Source: Podarcis cretensis
Taxonomy: Eukaryota
DNA length: 64,000 bases
Direction: 5' to 3'
Assembly (NCBI GenBank): GCA_951804945.1
Contig: OX638156.1
Coordinates: forward strand, 40,176,001-40,240,000
The position numbers and the translations under genes are program-made. This document shows, piece by piece, positions 1 through 12,735 of this stretch (the first letter of the stretch is position 1; each line of letters starts with the position of its first letter). Below the pieces are notes generated by a model. That model ran no database searches. It had not been told where the DNA came from and saw nothing but the letters and a program-made list of their open reading frames with translations.

Positions 1-263
1 TCTGGCTTCTGTTTCTCGCCTTTCTTTGAGACAAGCTTCATGGAACCCCTGAAACTCCTTTCTGGGTTTGAACCTGGCAAACTTTGCTGTCATCTGTGCA
101 GCAACAGCCAAGTCTCCACCCTCTCTCATCACATTTCCCTATAGTCCAGTCATGGAGCAGCTGCCTTAGCGTTATGTTCCTCTTTCTCCTCTTTCACTTG
201 TTGGAGGCTAATTAGGGCTGCTTCTCCACACTCAGTCTGCTTCTGCAAACACTCGTTTCCATG

Positions 264-268
<5 letters not shown>

Positions 269-298
<30 letters not shown>
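269..298. repeat. (CA)n microsatellite
   Basis: direct reading. Confidence 0.95.
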
Positions 299-300
<2 letters not shown>

Positions 301-1299
301 CCTAAAAACACCACAACTTTATGAGACAGACAGACAGACAAGTGTGTTTTTCACTAGTTTTTTTTTTATGAATGATCTTTTTGGTGCTGTATTTTCACAC
401 CTTGTTTCGATTAGAAATTATGTGACAGACAGACAGATGCTACTTTGGGAGCACAAGAGTGAAATATATCCATAGAATGATTCCAGGCTAAGAAGCAAAG
501 GAATTTGATTTCAAAAGGCAGTGGAGCTGTGTAAAAGCAGCAGTTCACAGGGCATCCAATGCATTTCATGTGTGCATGTTTTTTGTGCCATCCACATGAC
601 ATTGTTCTCATCCAAGTTGGCAGCCTACACTCTCTCACCCCCCCATTTAATTTGTCTTTCCTGATCTACAGATAAAAGTGGTAAGGGGGGGGGATCCAAC
701 ATAATATCCCATGATACCCAACTGTGGACATATTGAAATGTATTGTGTGGGCTATTTTTGTGTGTTTGTATGTGTAGTGACATTTTTCTGGATGCCATCT
801 TTCACAAGACCCCCAGCTTCCACTGGTGGGCTGCTGCTGGGAATGGCGTGACACACACTTTTAAAAATGTGTTTGTTTTCTGGTATATCAGAAACATAAT
901 TTTTAAAAATGGCAGTGCACCCAGATAAACCAAAAGCTGCAGGCATGCCCACAATAGACCTCAGGTTTCCAGAACTCATGGAGGATGAGGAAGTACTAAT
1001 TGAGGGGAGGGGACAACAAGACATCTCATCAAGCACCTCCCACTAGTGTGGATGGGAAGCAATGAGACAGAGTTCAACTGAAAGTGCTCATGTGTGGATG
1101 AAGGTGTACAAAAGCACATATGGAAAAATCTGATCTGTGACACCCACATGCATATGGACACTCTGGAGTCTACATATGTGTACACCTTAAGGTGTGATTG
1201 CAGCATACACATTTGCCAGCTTGTACATCATACAGAGACATCTGGCATCCTTGCAAGTCTCACCCCCAAGGGCTTGCTGCTGTTGACTGCATAGACAAT

Positions 1300-1508
1300 G
1301 GGCTCATCCACACTTTGCCTAGAAAGCATGGGTCCAATCGGTTTGGCCTTTCCCCCATGTCTTTCCCCCTGAAAACCTGCTCTTTAGTGCTAAATCGCAG
1401 CAAATGACAATCTCTGGAAATCCTGAATGCTGTTTGTTCTGATTCAGCACTAAAACACGTGTTTTTGTAGGGGAAAGCAGCGGGGCAAGTGGAAGTGTGG
1501 GTGAACCA
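1300..1508. mobile_element. Palindromic MITE (possibly PIF/Harbinger-like); related copy at ~20670-20910
   Basis: Ends GGGCTCATCCACACTT / AAGTGTGGGTGAACC; internal aaaacctgctcttta and tgctgtttgttctgattcagca shared with the second copy. Confidence 0.6.
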
Positions 1509-2033
1509 CACACAACCAAGTAAGCCAGGATCCTATTTCTAGCCTTGGGATCCAGTTGAAGTATGTCAGGGGACAGCTCTGCCTATTTCAGCACCACGGA
1601 CAGTGGTTTTATTTGCATACTTTGCTGAGCCCTGAGCAGAGCTTGGCAACAGATTGGATTCTGTCTCAAATGAGCAAGCTCAGCCTGAATTACCTCGGCT
1701 GTCCCAGGCTGTGATCTGGGACCTGGAGCTTTCTGCAGACTGCAATTGTTCTGCAAACCAAAAGATCTGGTTTCTGGACCAGATTCTGATGAATCTGTCA
1801 GGCCTGCCAGATTTGATTTTAGATAGAGCGGAATTAAGTTGTCATCTAAGAAACCACAATGTTGCAAACCTGACAATATTTATAACCAACTGCAGAGTCC
1901 AACTCACACTATGCCAGATTTCAGACTGTTAAGAATGGTGTTCAAGTTAATAAAGAATCCCATTGAGGAGACAGTATGAAACACGCCAGCTTCTTGGTCT
2001 CATTTCATGTGTACAGCAACTTATGGGGGTGTG

Positions 2034-2035
<2 letters not shown>

Positions 2036-2106
<71 letters not shown>
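2036..2106. repeat. Compound (GT)n(CTGT)n microsatellite
   Basis: direct reading. Confidence 0.95.
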
Positions 2107-2107
<1 letters not shown>

Positions 2108-3011
2108 TCATAATAAAACTGAGGATCTCATTGTGGATAAAGTGTCAGACTTAGAACAGGGAGGGCTGGATTCAAATCTCCAGTCAGGCACAAACTTCAT
2201 GAGGTGGCCTAAAGCTTCACCAGTCGCACCTCACAGTGATGTTGCAAGGATAAGGGTTGGGGATTGGCTCCTCAGAGGAAAGGCAGAATTAAAATGGGGT
2301 GAGTAATGCTACTTTCATTACCCCCAAATTTTGTCTGGAGCTGAAATTGCTTGAGATAATGAACCAAATTAGACTACTGAAATAGTACCTAACTAGTTAC
2401 TGCCGTTGTATTGTATGTTCCAAAAAGACAGGAAAAAATAATCCTGCATTTCAAAACTGTCTGAAGAGCATCAGATTGAGGAAATCTGGTGTCAGCCTGT
2501 CTTTGCTCCCTCTTTCTGTGGGAGCCAAGCCAGGCAGCAGTCACTTTTAATCTGTGGAGTGGAGAGGGAGAGAGCAGTTTTTCAGAGCTTTTCTCCCATT
2601 CCAGGCTTTGAGTCCAGAAGAGTCTACTGTACGTCCTTGCAGCTTGTCGTGCCTTGTTTTACTTTCTTTCCTTGGTTTCTTTCCCTCTGTTTCTTTCTCT
2701 TTCTTCTGATGACCATTGGAATGTTTCCACCCTCCTCCTGCAACTGTTTCTTTGGGGTTCTGAGGACTCCTGCTTTTAAATCTACTTCTGGGCCTTTCTG
2801 CACTTCTTTCCCTCTTGACATTTGCATGGGATACTGCTGCCCTTCTTTGGCCTTCCACACAGACACTCTGCAGTTTCAGGTAATGAGGCTGCTGAGGAGG
2901 GGGGGAGGGAGGGAGGTCAGTGGTGAAATGCAAGAGAAGCATCTTCATGGTAGGCGATTAGCCAGTAGCTAAGGCAGCAAATGCAATACAACCCACCTCT
3001 GAGGCTCTTAA

Positions 3012-3371
3012 GTAAAGGTAAAGGTACCCCTGCCCGTACGGGCCAGTCTTGACAGACTCTGGGGTTGTGCGCCCATCTCACTTAAGAGGCCAGGGGCCAG
3101 CGCTGTCCGGAGACACTTCCGGGTCACGTGGCCAGCGTGACATCACTGCTCTGGCAAGCCAGAGCCGCACACGGAAACGCCGTTTACCTTCCTGCTGGTA
3201 AGCGGTCCCTATTTATCTACTTGCACCCGGAGGTGCTTTCGAACTGCTAGGTTGGCAGGCGCTGGGACCGAGCAGCGGGAGCGCACCCCGCCGCAGGGAT
3301 TCGAACCGCCGACCTTTCGATCGGCAAGCCCTAGGCGCTGAGGCTTTAACCCACAGCGCCACCTGCGTCCC
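3012..3371 (-). mobile_element. Sauria SINE, full-length, young
   Basis: Reverse complement of the copy at 48625. tRNA-like head with A box TGGCGCTGTGGG and B box GGTTCGAATCC, (ACCTTT)n tail, CpG retained. Confidence 0.9.
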
Positions 3372-6300
3372 TCTTCTGTTAAACAGACATGGACTGATCC
3401 AGGGCAAATTCTGCACCCTGTGAAACTCCCGGCCACCTAGGTGAGGTCAGGTCCCTCTTTACCTGGACCTCATTCTATGCACTTGACAGCTATCTGCACT
3501 TCAGTGCAGTGGGCAGGGCTACATTTGTTTGGGTTGGTCAATCTTAGCCAGCTTTTGCACACCTGGTACTTTCCAGCATAGCGATGAAAGTTGTAGTCCA
3601 GAACATCTGGAAAACATCTTGCCAGATTGGCAAACGCTAGTCTAAGCAATCTGTTAGTATGAAAATACTAACATCCTCCCCCTTTTCATGACATCATTGC
3701 TGCAGATTTTAGCACATTTGCAGCCTATTTACATACAGATCTTGTGATCCACTATTTACATTCCTTTGTGATAGGAGTGTGGGAATGAAACTCAGACACT
3801 GAACTTCCGTCCTGTGTGCTTTTGTATTTTCTCTCTTTTTTCATTGCTTTCGGACAGAGCAGACGTGTGTGAAGCTGCTGCTCACGCTAGCCATGTTTGT
3901 TGTTTTGATTTGTAAATAAAGGAAGCTTTTGCGATGCCAATGCCTCCACAGCCTCACTTCTTGCTGTTACTCTGCTGATGCATAGCGTGCCCACAGCTCC
4001 ACAGGAGGTGGGTCACTGATATTGGATGCTGGCTCCGCTGATGCCATTCAGGGGCCCTCCCGACACAATCTTGGTGGCTTGCTTGAAGGGTAAAATGAGT
4101 CTGGCACTAGCTGCAGTGTCACATTTTAAAAAACTGGGAGTGTCACATTTAAAAAAAATGTTATGCAACTTTCTGGTTCTCTCTGAACCAGTGGGCATGA
4201 CATAGCTGCTGTGGGTGGGTGTCCATTTCCAGCTCAGCACACAGTAACTAAAGCCCTTATTGTGGATGCCATTTTATGACCCCGCTTTAGCTTTCAAAAA
4301 TCATTATTTATCTATTGCTAAATGCTCTTCTGGCTTTTTTTAGTGAAACCAAGGCATGGTGTTGTAACACTATGTTAGAATTATGGTACATCATGATGGT
4401 GTTATAGCACCATACCTCTCTTTCATTGTTGCTTTTAAAATGTAGCTAGAGAAGCATGTTAGTGACACTTTAAAAAGTTGATTAAAAAAATAAAAACAGG
4501 GTCACAAAACAGCACCCACCACAAATGTCACGATCAATGTGTGCTGAGCTGTGATAAGTTAACTTTCCAGACATGTCGCTGCCCATGTTGAACCCCTCTC
4601 CTTTAAAACCATATTTACACATGTGGAGATTGTGGTACTTTTCCATCCTTCTAGAAAATTCCACTCAGTGTGGTCTGAGAGATGGTGGAAGAACCACAAG
4701 GAAAATACAGGGTGGCAGTGACTGTATGGTGTCATCATGTGGAACATGTAGTATAAGAAGTGAGTGAATGAAACTTGGGAATTCCAACTTTTGAGGCATC
4801 TAATCATAAGCTTGCATTTTTATTAAAGCTTATATGTTTAATCAGGGCTTGTATTTTAAGAATGAGTTTAAAAAATGTTCTGTTTCATGCCAGGCAAAAG
4901 ACCAGTTGCCTAAAAACCTTGGCAAGATGTTTTACTCCTAGACAAGGGGCCCCCCTGATTTATAGCAGAAAACAATTCTCAAAGTCGTAAAAAGGGAATT
5001 ACAGGCTGACAGCCAAGGTTACACTGACCCTACAAATTAAGGGTGGATAAATAGTAAAATGAGCCATATCTTCTTCCTAAGGTTAAGAAGGTCAAGAGCA
5101 GTGAAAAAGACAACTGACTTGGCTGGAGAAAGAAAGGGAGCATTTGTGGGGAAGCCTTTTCTAAAGCTGTTTCTTTCTTAAACTAAGATCCTTTTAAGAT
5201 TTCTTTTCCTTTTAAAAGGTTGTTTATGTATTAAATATATTAGTTTAAATATAATTATGCAAAGGATTTAAGAAATGCTAGATTCTTATTTCATATAGTT
5301 GGAAGAGATCACAGGGGCCATCAGCCACCAGACCCCCCTTGCCAGACAGGAGACGCCATCGAGCACTCCTGATATATGGTTGTCAGGCCTTTTGTTTAGA
5401 AACCTTCAAATGAAGGAGATCTCAATGTTGATGTGAACTCAAAATCCTTGACATATGCATAAGATAAAAATTCAAGATTAACTATCTGTTTTGGAAGGCA
5501 ATAGGGCAAGGAGGGCAAGAGGTGAGCTGGTAATTAAGATTCCTTGTTGAGACACATGTAAGATATATTACTACTTATTTGTCATTTATAGATAGAAGAA
5601 TATATAGCTTTTTGATTCCCATAATAGGGCAAAAGGAAATGGGTGTATCTTTTGTGATTGGTTCTAGCAAACAGCCAATAGGAATTTTAACCAGGCTGAT
5701 TGGACAGAGGCAGCCACAGGAGGAGCAAGGGGGCTGGATTAAGGAAATATAAGTGCTGGCCAGAATGGCAAGAGGCCAGGCCAGAGCTTGGTAACCATAT
5801 ACCACTGTGCCTCATATTTATTTGTCTGACAAATAAATTACTATTTTAATTTCTCTATTGCTGCGTCAAATATTTCATTCCAGCTAAGCGTTAACCACAA
5901 GCAGGGTGCTACACTTTGATGCCTAGCATGAATGGTGCCCTGAGATAGGGCTATATATTCTCATCTGTTCTGAACCCAGCACTCTTTGTGACACAGAGAA
6001 CACAAATATATTTATTTGGAGGATTGAAGTATACTGGAGAAAGGGACTAGATTTGTGCTTGACAAACCCCACCTATGGGGAAGAGCTGCTTCCCCTCAGG
6101 CAAAGAGGTTGTTGATGTGTGTTACTCTCCTCTTGCAGAGCAAATGTCCTCAGGAGGGCTGGTGTTTGCAGCAGAAGGTGGGCAATGTCAAAAATGCTGC
6201 AGATACAGATCTGTCACCTCTCAGACTTGAAGCAACCTGTCCTTGGGCATACCCCCAAAATCTGCTGCACTCCCTGAAGTGATGGGGTGCTGGAGCAAGG

Positions 6301-6685
6301 AAGGGGGCCTGTGGGCTGGTTGCTGCCTACCCACCCCAGGTCTCCTCCCTCCACTGCTCTCTCAGTGCATGAACGCACAACCCTTAAGCTTGTATCCATT
6401 CACAGCTTTTTAGTGAGAGGTCAGGAGTTTGCTTGATACCCTCCCTGCTTGTCTCTCCCCACCAAGCCTTGAGTGTCTCTGTCCTTGGAATAGACTTTCC
6501 ATTTCTGCAACCTGAAGACTGTGTGTGTGTGTTTGCATCTGCATTTGGAGAGCTGGTTTAGAGGAAGAGAAACTTGGGAATGCAGCAGGAAGGCTCTGTC
6601 CTTTCTCTGACGTGCTTTGATGTTCTCTAACCCTTCCTGTGGAGAAGGCAGGTGGGAAGGCTGAGCATGACTGCAGTGCACCAGA

Positions 6686-6689
<4 letters not shown>

Positions 6690-6732
<43 letters not shown>
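6690..6732. repeat. (GA)n microsatellite
   Basis: direct reading. Confidence 0.95.
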
Positions 6733-6734
<2 letters not shown>

Positions 6735-7298
6735 CTCTTCCTCCTCCTCTAGCTGGGGCACCTCTGGGCTGTCTTGCTTTCTCCTTCCCACCTTTCAGAG
6801 AACATGCTAGTGGGGTGCGGCATGCAGGCATGCAACGCTGGGCCCTTTGTGAGCCTGCAGATCTGCTTCCTCTTCCTGGGGGTGCATCCGTAGAAAGTGA
6901 ATGTCAGCACTCTGCCCTTCTGCCTGCGCGCTCCCATCTTTATTCATGAGGGTAAAATGGAGACTGGCTGGCTGTGTAGTAATGTTGTTGGGAAATAAAT
7001 AAATAAATAAATAAAAACAGGTGCATTTCCATCCAGCGGGAGCATGACTCATCCCCCCACCTCCCCGCCCTTGCCTATCACTGGGCTCCATTTGAGCAGT
7101 AGAATGCTTCAAACCAATCTTTCCTTGGTGAGCTGGGGAGGAGGAGGAGGAGGAGTTAAGCCAGGGGGGTGGGTCTCCTTTATCAAGGCCGGTGGAAAGA
7201 GGCCAGCCCACTGCAGAGCTGTGCATCTTCCCAGCTGAAAGAGAGAGAGGAGAGCCTGTCTAGAGCTGGAAGTGGCCAGAGAGGCAGAGGAGGACGTT

Positions 7299-7322
7299 GC
7301 TGCTGCTGCTGCTGCTGCTGCT
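7299..7322 (+). repeat. (GCT)8 repeat in NDRG4-B leader
   Basis: direct reading. Confidence 0.9.
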
Positions 7323-7361
7323 CTTGCTCCTTCTCCTTCAGAAGAAGAAAGGCAGCTCACC

Positions 7362-7382
7362 ATGCCAGAGTGCTGGGATGGG
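7362..7382 (+). CDS. NDRG4: NDRG4-B first coding exon (MPECWDG)
   Basis: cacc ATG CCA GAG TGC TGG GAT GGG|gtaggt; phase 0. Confidence 0.92.
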
Positions 7383-10300
7383 GTAGGTACAGCTCAGCCA
7401 GGCAAGATGGGGGGGGTGCAGGTGGTGGGGCTGCTGCATGCCACTGCTGGGCAAGGGGAGGGGCACCCCCCCCAACGTTACTGGAGACCCCAGCCTGCTC
7501 CTTAACCTCAATGTTTTCTGCCCCAGCTTAAGACAGTTCAATATGAGGGGGATGGATCTGCACTAGTCCTTGAGCACGTGTGCCAGGTAGGAGCCTTGAA
7601 GGACAGCCTGGGCCACCCTCTCTTAGAATGCGGATGGTGCTTTTCCCTTTGCAGCCACGGAAGGAGAAATCAAGGCACGATGCATTCCGATTGCCAAAGA
7701 CCAGCTTGGCCTGGAGGTCCTGCCCTCTCATTTAAATGCCAGGAGATGTGTGTAGGCATTTTGTGGCAAAGCAAAGAGGCATTCTGCCCTGGCTCCAGCA
7801 CACTCTGTGATTGCTTCAACCTGGCATTGAGGGGAAAGGGGTCCACAGGATGGACCAAGCCTCTTGTTCCTGCTTCCCTTTGGGACAATCACAGACTTGG
7901 ATGGTGCATTATGGAGACAGGGCATGGGAAACCTTTGTGCATTCCCTGGGTGCAACTAGCGGGGTGGGCAGGCAGGGGAAGCATCTCCTCATTTTGCAGT
8001 GACAAGGGCTGAGGCTGCAGGCATTTTGGGGGAGGGGAGGAGGAAGGGGATAATCCATGGCTGGTTCCTGCAGGTTCCCTCCTTGCTGTTGTGTCTGAAG
8101 CACCCAGCAAGCAGATGGGCGAGAGGTTCCGCTGAGGCACATGCTGCTGCCTGGTGTCACCTCTCTGCTGTGCAAAGGGCATGTGTGGCATCTGGGGAGA
8201 GAAAGTGCACCATTTTCTCTGCACACCCAACATCCCTTTTGGCACGTACACATCTCCTTCCCTCCTTCCCTCGCTGTTCCCATTCCTACTGGCTGTCCTC
8301 TTAGAGCCTCCCTGCCTGGCTTGCAGAGGTGGGTGGAGGGAGAGAACCTCATCTGTGGCTTTGCGCTGGGTGTCGGGACTCATTTGCAAAGCAGGAGGAG
8401 AACATCTTTGGCGCCATGAAGCTGAGGCAAGACGTCTCTCTGTCCTTGCTGAGACCACCCCTGGCAAACTCTTCTTCCACAGAGCTTTCCCCATCACGGA
8501 CAGAGCAGGTGGAGCCTGGAGGCAGAGCTGAGCCAGGGCTGTCCATCTGGAGGGCTGCCTTGCCTTTCAGCTCTGCCCTGCTGTTTGATCTTGAGCAAAG
8601 CTTGCCCTTGACAGGGATCTCTCTCTCTCTCTCTCTCTCTCCCCCTCTCCCCCCCCCAGCATTGCTGATGCTCTTGATAGGCATCTCACTCCACTTCCAA
8701 GATGTGGGGATAATCTTGGCTAAACCTGCCAGGATGAAGGGAAGAAAGGAGGAGTTTCCCATAACTGCAGCCTGATCCTCCTCAAGGATGGTGGTGGGAT
8801 TGGAAGGGGAGAAGCGGGTGGCCAAGCAGAGCCTCCTTCAGATGACTGGAGAGTGCTCTTTACAGCAGCTTTTTGGCTGCTTCCCTGCTACAGGGTGGAA
8901 TGGGGTTGGGTAATAGACTGTGTGGCTGTTGTTGCCTCTAATCTACAGGGTTCCCCCCAAAAGGTGTTTGCTTCTAAAATATGCAGCTTCCTCTGTGGGG
9001 CTCGGTGGGGAGATTTTGCTGGGGTGGAATGGGAGCCATGAGTTCTGTTGGATCATGAGAGCCAACCTCCTCCCCCTCCCCCTCTTGCCCTCCTTTCTGG
9101 CATGGCTGCCTCTGCCGTCGCCGCCACTTTGGTCTCTCTTTGCCCTTCCTTGCTTCCATCACTCCCCATATGCTATTGCCAGTTGAAATGGCTGCTGTAG
9201 AGGTCAGCTGAGGGAGGAGCCTAATGAAGCTGGTCTTTTAGAAGAGCTGTGAGTCGCCTAGTACTGAGTCAGGCCTCTGGGCCGCGTAGCCCAATCTGAC
9301 AGGCCGTGAGGATGTCTTGAATAGGGTACTACGTGAGAGTAAGTATAGGAGCCTGGGGCACTCTGGGCATTTGCTTCAGGGGCCCTCTTCCTTTCCCCTT
9401 CCCATCTGGAGTGGGAAGGGCAAACTGGGCATTTGTTACCCAGAGGGGGATTCTGTGCGTTGCAGAGCTGCTGGCCTCTCCCATCCCAAATGCCCTATCT
9501 ATGGCCTCATTTTTAATGTTCCATCTATCTAATTTATATTCTGCATTTTTCTGCAAGAGCATTCAAGGCAGCTTGCAATAATGAGCAATAAAATGCAATA
9601 GCAAGACTATATCAAAACAGTGATGCAATAGATGTACAATATCAAAAATGAGAGGTGGTGGAGCTTCTGGAATTGACACCTTCCACCCTGGTGACCCCCC
9701 GCCCTGCCCTGATCCCAGGTATGTACAAGTTGTTTGGAGCTACTCATTCATGCTGCAATGGCAGCCTGCACATGTTCTGAAGCCCAAAGGAAATATTCCC
9801 ACCACAGCATGAGAACCTCGGCCAACACTGTCTGGTCGCAAGTGATGCTGGTCATGCTTGTGAGATACTGACGTGAGAAGGAGCCACATTGTCTCGCTGT
9901 CCCTAGAGCTTAACTAGTGTGGGTTGAGGCCGAACCATACCAAAGCTTATCCCATGTAACAGGAAGATGTTCCAGAACAGAGACCTGGCCCTGAGAAGGG
10001 GCTCCACTGCCAAAACTTGGCTCCAGATAATAGGAAGAACATAGAAAGAGCCTGCTGGATCAGGCCAAGGGCCCATCTAATCCTGAATTCTGTTCTCAGA
10101 GTGGCCAACCAAGATGCCCATGAGAAAGCAGTCTCTGAGCACAAGAGTCGTCTCCCCTCCTGTGACTTCCAGCATCTGTTATTCAGGAGCATTACTGCCT
10201 TCAACTGTGGAAGCAGAACCACCATGTGGAAGAGCAGAACCACCATGGCTAGGAGCTAGTAGAATAATAAAGAATAACAATACTAAGCTATTCTGCAGCA

Positions 10301-12691
10301 CTTTCAAGTTTTTAAAGGGTTTCAAAAACATTACCTCAATAATAGTCAAATTTTAATTTTATTTGACAAAATTTGCATATCACTTAGCTGTAAGCAAATC
10401 CTCTAAGCAGCTTACAGAGATAGATTTATGTATGCCTTAAAAATATTTTTATCCATTTTATCAATGAAAATGTTGACCAGGATGGTGGCTGCTGTGAAAA
10501 AGTTGAATAGCATATTAGGGATTATCAGGAAAGGCAGAATGATAATATCTTCATTCTAGCCTTCCTGCCCCAGACCTACAACTCCCATCAGCATCAACCA
10601 ACATGGCCAAATGATGCCGGGGCTGATGGGAATTGTAGTTCAAAACATCTGGAGGACACCAGCTTGGGGAAAACTATACCAATTTTATTTTGCAACTGCA
10701 TTTGGAATGTGTGTGTGTAATTTGGGATGTTGTAGAACTGAACAGAACAGGGGAGCTGCCATGAGCAGGAGCCTGGAACAGCCAGCTTCCAAGGTTATTG
10801 GCTTAGCTGTTTCTGTTTCTGTTTAAAATTGTTTTAATGGTTATATTTTCCCATAGCTTGGCTTTATTGTGTATTTTAATTAAAGATATTGTAATATTCC
10901 GTATTTTAATTGTGGATTGATCTTACAGTTGTAAATAACTTAGAAGCCATTTTGGCATATAAGCAGGATATACATTATTATTAATAATAATAGCTAATAA
11001 TAGATCTGGATTGCCTTCTTCCAAGTGAGCAGCAGGGCCCCAATCCCTTCCTTGAGTCCTATGGGCCACTAGAATATTTCTGAATATTGTTGGCAACTGT
11101 GGCCCTTTTATACTCATGCGTTGGCATCAGGGGCATTAATGCCCAGCCTCTCAGGACAGGGACAGATCACAACCTTCTGTTTTGAATAATTTCACTAGGC
11201 CAGGATCACTAGGGACCCATAGTCAGGTGCCCCATCATCAGCTATGTTGAGATACATTTGATCCATCCTGGCAGGAAGTTGGCCTCCTCCTTGCTGCTGT
11301 TTGACCCCCATTTTCTGCCTCTCTCTTTCTTGTGGGTCCATGGTGTGAGAGAACAGATGAATTGGTCCCTGATCTACTGGCTCCCACATCGTTATTGGAA
11401 TTGACTAACCTAGGCCATCATCCTAGAAATGTATCACTTCAACTTAACAAATTGCAGTCTATTTGCATCATTTTTATAATCATTCAGGGGGTCCTTTTAA
11501 AAAGTGGGTGTTTTAGGTTGTTCTCACAGCAGCTCCATGAGGTAGATTGCTACTATGTGTGTTTTACGAGAGGGGAACCCCACTTATCCCATGCAGGATA
11601 TGGATATTCATCCCTCTGCCCACTTATTATATCTATTTTTATTATTTCATTGCATTTATATCCCACCTTTTTCTCCAAGGTGCACAAGGTGCCGTACACA
11701 GCCCTCATTTAATTCACACAACAACCCTGTGAGGTAGGGTAGGTTGAGAGGCAGTGACTGGTCCAAGATCACCTGGTGAGCTTCATGGCAGAGGGTGTCA
11801 GGGTTTGAACCCAGGTCTTAGTTTGACACTCTTAACTACTCCACCATACTTGCTGATGACTTTTGTGGTGACCCTGGAAACACACAAAGAGCATGGGCAG
11901 GGGAGCCAGGCTTCCACACTTCTGAGGTCTTATGGGAAAATGGGGACTGGCTTCTTCTAACCATACAAACAGGCTGACCATACAAACAGCAGTGCCTTCC
12001 ACAAGGAAAATTGGAAAGTGGGAATCGGAGAGAGAAGACGGAGGTGCCTCTTCCTCCATTCTGAAGTGGATCAAGCGATGTGCACCTGGACCCTTCTTCC
12101 TGCCAGGGGAGGACTGATACAGCTCTTTCTCTTCCATCTTTCCTCCAGGAGCACGATATCGAGACTCCATATGGGCTGCTGCATGTCGTCATTCGGGGGT
12201 CCCCGAAGGGAAATCGCCCGGCTCTCCTGACGTACCATGATGTGGGACTCAATCGTAAGTGTAGCACTTTCCTTCTGACCAAGGTAGGAGAGGAGTAACT
12301 CCACCAAAGGGTGGGAGGTTCTCAGTTTCTGTTGATTGGACCAACTGTGCTTCATGGTTTGGGCACCAGAAAGGAGCAGGATGGAGGCAGCAGGCCCCAA
12401 CTTCAGTGCCTGAGGCCTCCTGGGCTGATTTGCACTTTTGGGGCTGCGAGTCCCAAGATCTTTTGAGGCAGAAGAGAGGGGCCCGATTTTAGTTGGTGAC
12501 CAAGAAACAGAGACACAGAGTTAGGTAGAGAACTATGATTAGGCCAGCCAAAAGTCTGAAGACAACATAAGCTTCCGAGCTACACCAAACACTTCCTCAG
12601 ATAAAATGAGTATTTTTTAAAAAGGGTATAAATTCTTGCATTTCTTCTTAGACTAGGCTGGTCCAGCAGATCAAGAGGCAGATAAAAATCA

Positions 12692-12735
<44 letters not shown>

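Noticed and set aside
4116-4158. Short direct repeats (gtgtcacattt(t)aaaaaa x2; also 10210-10247 and 17975-18001)
   Set aside because: Two-copy local duplications with no sign of function.
6151-6215. AADTD in ORF 6055-6282, resembling the NDRG4-H exon (…AADTDWK)
   Set aside because: No WK, no donor after it, and the flanking residues do not match. The H-specific exons are probably upstream of the window.
8788-8915. ATG-initiated frame (MVVGLEGEK…) as another NDRG4 first exon
   Set aside because: The best donor (GG|GTAATA) is phase 2, incompatible with the phase-0 EHDIET exon, and the frame otherwise stops.
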